This document shows positions 60,048 through 64,000 of a DNA stretch of 64,000 bases, piece by piece. The stretch covers positions 787,338 through 851,337 of the forward strand of contig JBAZXR010000001.1 in NCBI GenBank assembly GCA_041659765.1, read 5' to 3'. Position 1 is the stretch's first letter, and each line of letters begins with the position of its first letter. The position numbers and the translations under genes are program-made. Under the pieces are notes generated by a model. That model had not been told where the DNA came from. It did no database searches and saw nothing but the letters and a program-made list of their open reading frames with translations. Source of the stretch: Patescibacteria group bacterium. Its GTDB lineage: Bacteria; Patescibacteriota; Patescibacteriia; UBA9934.

Positions 60048-60116
60048 ATCATAGTGAATATATCCACAGCCCACAAGCACCCGCAACCATTGGTCTATCT
60101 TCACAACTGTGGATAA
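60048..60116 (-). promoter_or_regulatory. Putative dnaA promoter with overlapping DnaA boxes
   Basis: Minus strand TTGTGG-N17-TATGAT with TGTGGATAT in the spacer; TGTGGATAA at 60108-60116. Confidence 0.6.
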
Positions 60117-60269
60117 CTTGGGGGCAAGTCGGTTAGCCATCGCGAGACTGGCAGTCAGGCTAACGGATTGAAGCAACTTTGTGGGGCCTCTTACTTGATG
60201 GCAGGCCGGCCTCTGATTTTCGTCGAACAGACTCGTCACAGGAACTGGTCGGTGTATACTGCCCCTAGG
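60117..60269 (+). ncRNA. Candidate structured ncRNA of unknown family
   Basis: Closing stem CTTGGGGGCA/TGCCCCTAGG, internal stems GTTAGCC/GGCTAAC, TTTGTGG/TCACAGG, GGCCT/AGGCC; G-U pairs favour the + strand. Confidence 0.4.
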
Positions 60270-60271
60270 AT

Positions 60272-60300
60272 TTGACTGTTTTAGCGAACTTCGCTATCCT
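60272..60300 (+). promoter_or_regulatory. rpmH promoter
   Basis: TTGACT-N17-TATCCT. Confidence 0.65.
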
Positions 60301-60314
60301 CACGCTACTTTTAT

Positions 60315-60467
60315 ATGCCCAAGCGAACATATCAACCCAAGAAGAAGCGTAGAGCTAAAGTCCATGGTTTCCGCCAGCGGATGAAGACCAAGGATGGCCG
60401 CAACGTTGTTGCCCGCCGCCGCCTAAAGGGCCGCAAGAAGCTGACGCTGAAGAAGCGCCCACGTTAG
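60315..60467 (+). CDS. rpmH: 50S ribosomal protein L34 (absent from the ORF track)
   Basis: [43 protein letters not shown]. Confidence 0.97.
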   Translation: MPKRTYQPKKKRRAKVHGFRQRMKTKDGRNVVARRRLKGRKKLTLKKRPR

Positions 60468-60521
60468 AAAGTTGAAACCCCCGCCGTCCAGCTATCGCAG
60501 GACAGGCGGGGATTTTATTCT

Positions 60522-60863
60522 ATGCTGAAAAAGCCTAACAGATTGCGCAACGATAAAGACATTAACGACGTCCTCAAAGGCAAGAAGGGCGTTTTCGACG
60601 CGGTCTGTGGGATTAAGTACACAAAGACTAAACTCGAGGTCACTCGAATTACTGTAGTGGTCGGCACAAAGGTGAGTAAGAATGCCGTCGACCGTAACTG
60701 GGTGAAGCGACAGTATCGTGAGATTACGAAAGTATTGTTACCTCGAATCGCACCAGGCTATGACATTGTTCTCCTCGCCGGTAAAGGAGCGCTGGATCTC
60801 GACTTTGCAGAAAAAGCACAGCGCCTTGAAGGCATTTTCAAAAAATCCGGGCTTTTATCGTAA
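60522..60863 (+). CDS. rnpA: Ribonuclease P protein component
   Basis: ML....RL, KVSKNAV.RN.VKR..RE; follows rpmH. Confidence 0.93.
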   Translation: MLKKPNRLRNDKDINDVLKGKKGVFDAVCGIKYTKTKLEVTRITVVVGTKVSKNAVDRNWVKRQYREITKVLLPRIAPGYDIVLLAGKGALDLDFAEKAQRLEGIFKKSGLLS

Positions 60864-60867
60864 CGCC

Positions 60868-61098
60868 TTGCGGACAGCGGCAACCGTGCCCATTTTGGCG
60901 TACCAGAAAACATTTTCCTTCGACCATGGCCCGATGAAAATCCTGTATCCCAACGGATACTGTCCCTTCTATCCGTCTTGCTCAGAGTACACGCGGCAAT
61001 CCATTTTAAAAGACGGAGTTATTGTGGGGATTGCAAAAGGCGGCTGGCGTATCTGTCGGTGCCACCCATTTACAGAAGGCGGGGTTGATCTTCCCTAA
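60868..61098 (+). CDS. yidD: Membrane protein insertion efficiency factor YidD
   Basis: [26 protein letters not shown]; TTG start inferred. Confidence 0.88.
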   Translation: MRTAATVPILAYQKTFSFDHGPMKILYPNGYCPFYPSCSEYTRQSILKDGVIVGIAKGGWRICRCHPFTEGGVDLP

Positions 61099-61339
61099 GC
61101 GCGTCGATCTTGGCCGAATCAGGCAGTTCGACGCGTTTTAGTTTGGCCATGGTGCCGGACACAATCGAGATCGAGGTTTTCGACGTATCGAGCTTGTCCG
61201 CGAGAAAGCGAATGAGTTCCGCGTTGGCCTTTCCCTCTTTCGGCGGTGCGTGAATAGCAATTTCGACGGTTTTCTCGTCGAGCCACTTAGTTACTTTTGT
61301 AACTTTCGCGTTTGGTTTTACTTTGACCCAAAGAAACAT
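61070..61339 (-). CDS. DUF167 (YggU) family protein
   Basis: [25 protein letters not shown]....K. Confidence 0.9.
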   Translation of the reverse strand: MFLWVKVKPNAKVTKVTKWLDEKTVEIAIHAPPKEGKANAELIRFLADKLDTSKTSISIVSGTMAKLKRVELPDSAKIDALREDQPRLL

Positions 61340-61340
61340 A

Positions 61341-62189
61341 TTACCGGAAGCTCTTCAGGAGCTTCATATCATCGACTCTTCCTGGATCGTCGCCTCCCCC
61401 GCCTTCGTAGGGGGTTTCGAGGATGAGGTCGATGTGTTTCAAGAGTTTGTTTTTGACGATAGCCTCGAAGGATTCTGCGCCCATGAAGCCTTTTCCGAGA
61501 TGCTCATGGCGGTCTTTGTGGCCGTCGAACTCGATTTTGCTGTCGTTACAATGACTGGCGACGAGTTTCTTAATGCCGATGATTTTGTCGAACATTTTAA
61601 AGGTCTTATCGACGTCCTCCTTCGTTCTCAAATCGTATCCGCTCGCGAAAGCGTGCTGCGTATCAAAACAAACGCCGATTTCCTTTCCGCGCTCGGCTCC
61701 GTCGATAAATGCTGCAATTTCTTCGAAAGAATCGCCCATGATCTCTCCCGCCCCCGCCGAAATCTCGATGAGTAGCTGGGTCGAACTATCATATCCGTCG
61801 AGAACCTTGTTTAATGCCGCCGAAACCATTTCAATCCCCTTCTCGCGACCAATGTCTTTGGCCGAGCCCGGATGGAACATGATTGCTTTTGCTCCGAGTT
61901 GAGTTCCGCGATCGAGTTCCTGGCGGATCATGTTGATCGAGCCGTGATAGACGCGATTATTCGCGGACGCGAGGTTAATCAGATACGGTGCATGAATATA
62001 GACGTCCTCGATCTTATGTTCCTTCATGGATGCCTTGAACTTGTCCGCATCCTCGTCCGTAATCGGTTTAACCGAAAAACTTTGCGGAGGCCGAGAAAAT
62101 ATCTGAATTACCTCGCATCCCAACTCTTTGCCGTAAATGCCGGACTTCCATAATCCTCCCGCTGCCGATACGTGTGCGCCGAATCTCAT
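61341..62189 (-). CDS. nfo: Endonuclease IV
   Basis: GAHVSAAGG, HAPYLINLAS, HPGS, CFDTQH.FASGYD, HCNDSK, DRHEHLG, LETP. Confidence 0.96.
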   Translation of the reverse strand: MRFGAHVSAAGGLWKSGIYGKELGCEVIQIFSRPPQSFSVKPITDEDADKFKASMKEHKIEDVYIHAPYLINLASANNRVYHGSINMIRQELDRGTQLGAKAIMFHPGSAKDIGREKGIEMVSAALNKVLDGYDSSTQLLIEISAGAGEIMGDSFEEIAAFIDGAERGKEIGVCFDTQHAFASGYDLRTKEDVDKTFKMFDKIIGIKKLVASHCNDSKIEFDGHKDRHEHLGKGFMGAESFEAIVKNKLLKHIDLILETPYEGGGGDDPGRVDDMKLLKSFR

Positions 62190-62291
62190 ATAGGGAGAGT
62201 GTAGCTGAAAAAGTTAAAAAGGTTAAAAAAGCTGTAAAGCATAAAAAGAACTCGCCCGCCGGATAGCCGGTCGGGCGCGAAAGTTTCGAAT

Positions 62292-62633
62292 TCATTTGCG
62301 GTCGTGGCCTTCGGATCTCTCCACTTCCGGCACAAGGGCCTTGATGGCGATGGCGAGCGAGTGCGGAAGTCCCGGCATGTTGCGGAACTCCTCGGTGCCG
62401 TCGTACGTGATGTAGTAGCTCTGGCGTTCACGGCCATCTCCCCCAGCTGCGGATGGGGGCTGGAGCAGACGCCAGCCAGGCACCGGACCAATATTCCAGA
62501 CGTGATAGCGTTCCGCGTCAGCCCGCACGACGGTCGAGCCCTCGCCAATGAGGATCAGTGCAAGCCGTTCAGCGAAGTGCTGACCCGGCACACCAGGCTT
62601 CAGCGTGAAGTCCACAATAAAATCACGAGCCAT
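62292..62633 (-). CDS. Hypothetical protein (GC-rich, SD-led)
   Basis: AGGAGG SD before MARDFI. Confidence 0.6.
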   Translation of the reverse strand: MARDFIVDFTLKPGVPGQHFAERLALILIGEGSTVVRADAERYHVWNIGPVPGWRLLQPPSAAGGDGRERQSYYITYDGTEEFRNMPGLPHSLAIAIKALVPEVERSEGHDRK

Positions 62634-62753
62634 GTATTCCTCCTGCCAGAGGGTATATCGACACAAAGATGCTTGGCAAATGAAAAAGCCCTCGACCTGA
62701 GTCGAGAGCCATTCCAATAACCACCACCTCCAAGCCCCTCCTAACGTCGGGGC

Positions 62754-62779
62754 GGGTCGACGCAGGGGTCGACCCCTAC
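62754..62779 (-). repeat. GTAG-type REP (family C) overlapping the tig stop codon
   Basis: Minus strand GTAGGGGTCGACCCCTGCGTCGACCC. Confidence 0.75.
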
Positions 62780-64000
62780 TTCACCATCATCTTCTTGAGG
62801 AACTCGACTACTTTGCGGTTGCGGACCTGGTGTTCGATGCGGTCGCGGAAGGCTGGGGAATAGACGTATTCCTTTGCTTCCTTGTTTTCGCCAACGGTTT
62901 TCGCTACCTCATCGACTTCGTTGTCGATTTCTTGAGAGGCAGGATCGATCTTTTCGATTTTAGCCACTTCGTTCAGGACAAGAGCGACTCTTAGGCGCGT
63001 AATGGCCTGTGGGGTGAAGTCTAACTTCATCTCTGTTTCTGATTTTCCGATCGAGGAGATGTACTTTTCCCACTCCATGCCCTGGTCAAAAACCCACTGC
63101 TTGAGTTCTGAAACCATCTTGTCAATCTCCTGGTTAACGAGGAGATCGCTGAACTCATCAAAATTAGATTTTTCGGCGAGTAATTCGAGCAACGCTTTTT
63201 CCTGGCGACGTGATTCTTCAACGGCCTTTTCTGCGCTCAAATTTTCCGTCAGTTTCTTTGTCAGTTCGTCCACAGATCCAATGCCGAGTGATTTGGCGAA
63301 CTCGTCATTATAATCAGGGAGTTGAATCGCGAAAATTTCGTTCAGCTTCACGGTGAAGTCCACATTTTTTCCGGCAATGTGCTTCTGATAATGATCCGTT
63401 GGGAACATGAGCGCGAAGGTTCGTTCCTCGCCCTCCTTTGCTCCGAGGATCGCCTCGACAAAGCCCGGAATGTAATGCGGCTCATTTGTGTACACCGCAT
63501 GGTTTTGTGCTTCGCCTCCCTCAATCGTTACGCCGTCTTTCTTCATCGTCAAATTGACGACTGCCTTGTCACCCTTCGCGAGCGGGCGACCAGCCTCGGC
63601 CTTCGTCTCCTTCATCTTCATGGTCATGAGATCGGACTTGGCCTTTTCGACCATCTCTGGAGTTGCGCCGGCTGGTTCGGCCTTGATTGACAGCGTCTTG
63701 TAGTCTGCAAGTTTGGTTACTGCTGGCATGAGAGACATTTCTGCCGTAAACACGAGATCATTACCCGGCGCCATCTTTTCTACGCCAAAATATGGCTGGC
63801 CAACAGTTTCTAAATCTTCCTCGATCATGGCTTTGACGAACGCGTTCCTTATAAGTTCCTCGGATGCGGCTTCGAGCAGTTTCATCTCGCCCATACGCTT
63901 CACGACCGTTTCATACGGGGCCTTCCCTGGGCGGAAACCCGGGATGCTGGATTCCTCACTGACGTGTTCAGCGGTATGTTTCATTCCGGCGAGCACTTCT
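62776..64000 (-). CDS. tig: Trigger factor (5' end outside window)
   Basis: IPGFRPGKAP signature, FKBP domain (YIPGF...I.G, FP.DY-like), SurA-like C-terminus. Confidence 0.95.
   Translation of the reverse strand, partial: EVLAGMKHTAEHVSEESSIPGFRPGKAPYETVVKRMGEMKLLEAASEELIRNAFVKAMIEEDLETVGQPYFGVEKMAPGNDLVFTAEMSLMPAVTKLADYKTLSIKAEPAGATPEMVEKAKSDLMTMKMKETKAEAGRPLAKGDKAVVNLTMKKDGVTIEGGEAQNHAVYTNEPHYIPGFVEAILGAKEGEERTFALMFPTDHYQKHIAGKNVDFTVKLNEIFAIQLPDYNDEFAKSLGIGSVDELTKKLTENLSAEKAVEESRRQEKALLELLAEKSNFDEFSDLLVNQEIDKMVSELKQWVFDQGMEWEKYISSIGKSETEMKLDFTPQAITRLRVALVLNEVAKIEKIDPASQEIDNEVDEVAKTVGENKEAKEYVYSPAFRDRIEHQVRNRKVVEFLKKMMVK

Overview
Origin-of-replication region of a small-genome bacterium, very probably Patescibacteria/CPR (Uhrbacteria/Magasanikbacteria-like). 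The assignment is inferred from a tandem VirB2/TrbC-type pilin array, GAGC-lipobox lipoproteins, bifunctional PGI/PMI and an unlinked 23S rRNA. The window holds the 5' ~1.95 kb of a stand-alone 23S rRNA gene with a hairpin insertion, five tRNAs (Leu-TAG, Gly-GCC, Leu-TAA, Ser-CGA, Cys-GCA), the dnaN-oriC-dnaA / rpmH-rnpA-yidD origin locus, and rlmH, ruvB, galU, nfo, tig, a PBP1A, envelope-glycan genes and an iron/redox cluster. The best candidates for new biology are: (1) a coupled two-gene wHTH + wHTH-PLD-nuclease cassette just downstream of tRNA-Ser, a possible defence/TA system; (2) a plant-type (class II) PRPP synthetase operon with a YjjX-NTPase/adenine-PRTase fusion; (3) a six-pilin array with no secretion genes nearby; (4) three families of short palindromic REP-like elements, several inserted in frame in proteins, plus a RAYT-like remnant; (5) a ~150-nt structured RNA candidate between the dnaA and rpmH promoters; (6) a split between SD-led GC-rich accessory genes and SD-less core genes. 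All calls come from reading the sequence; no database searches were run.
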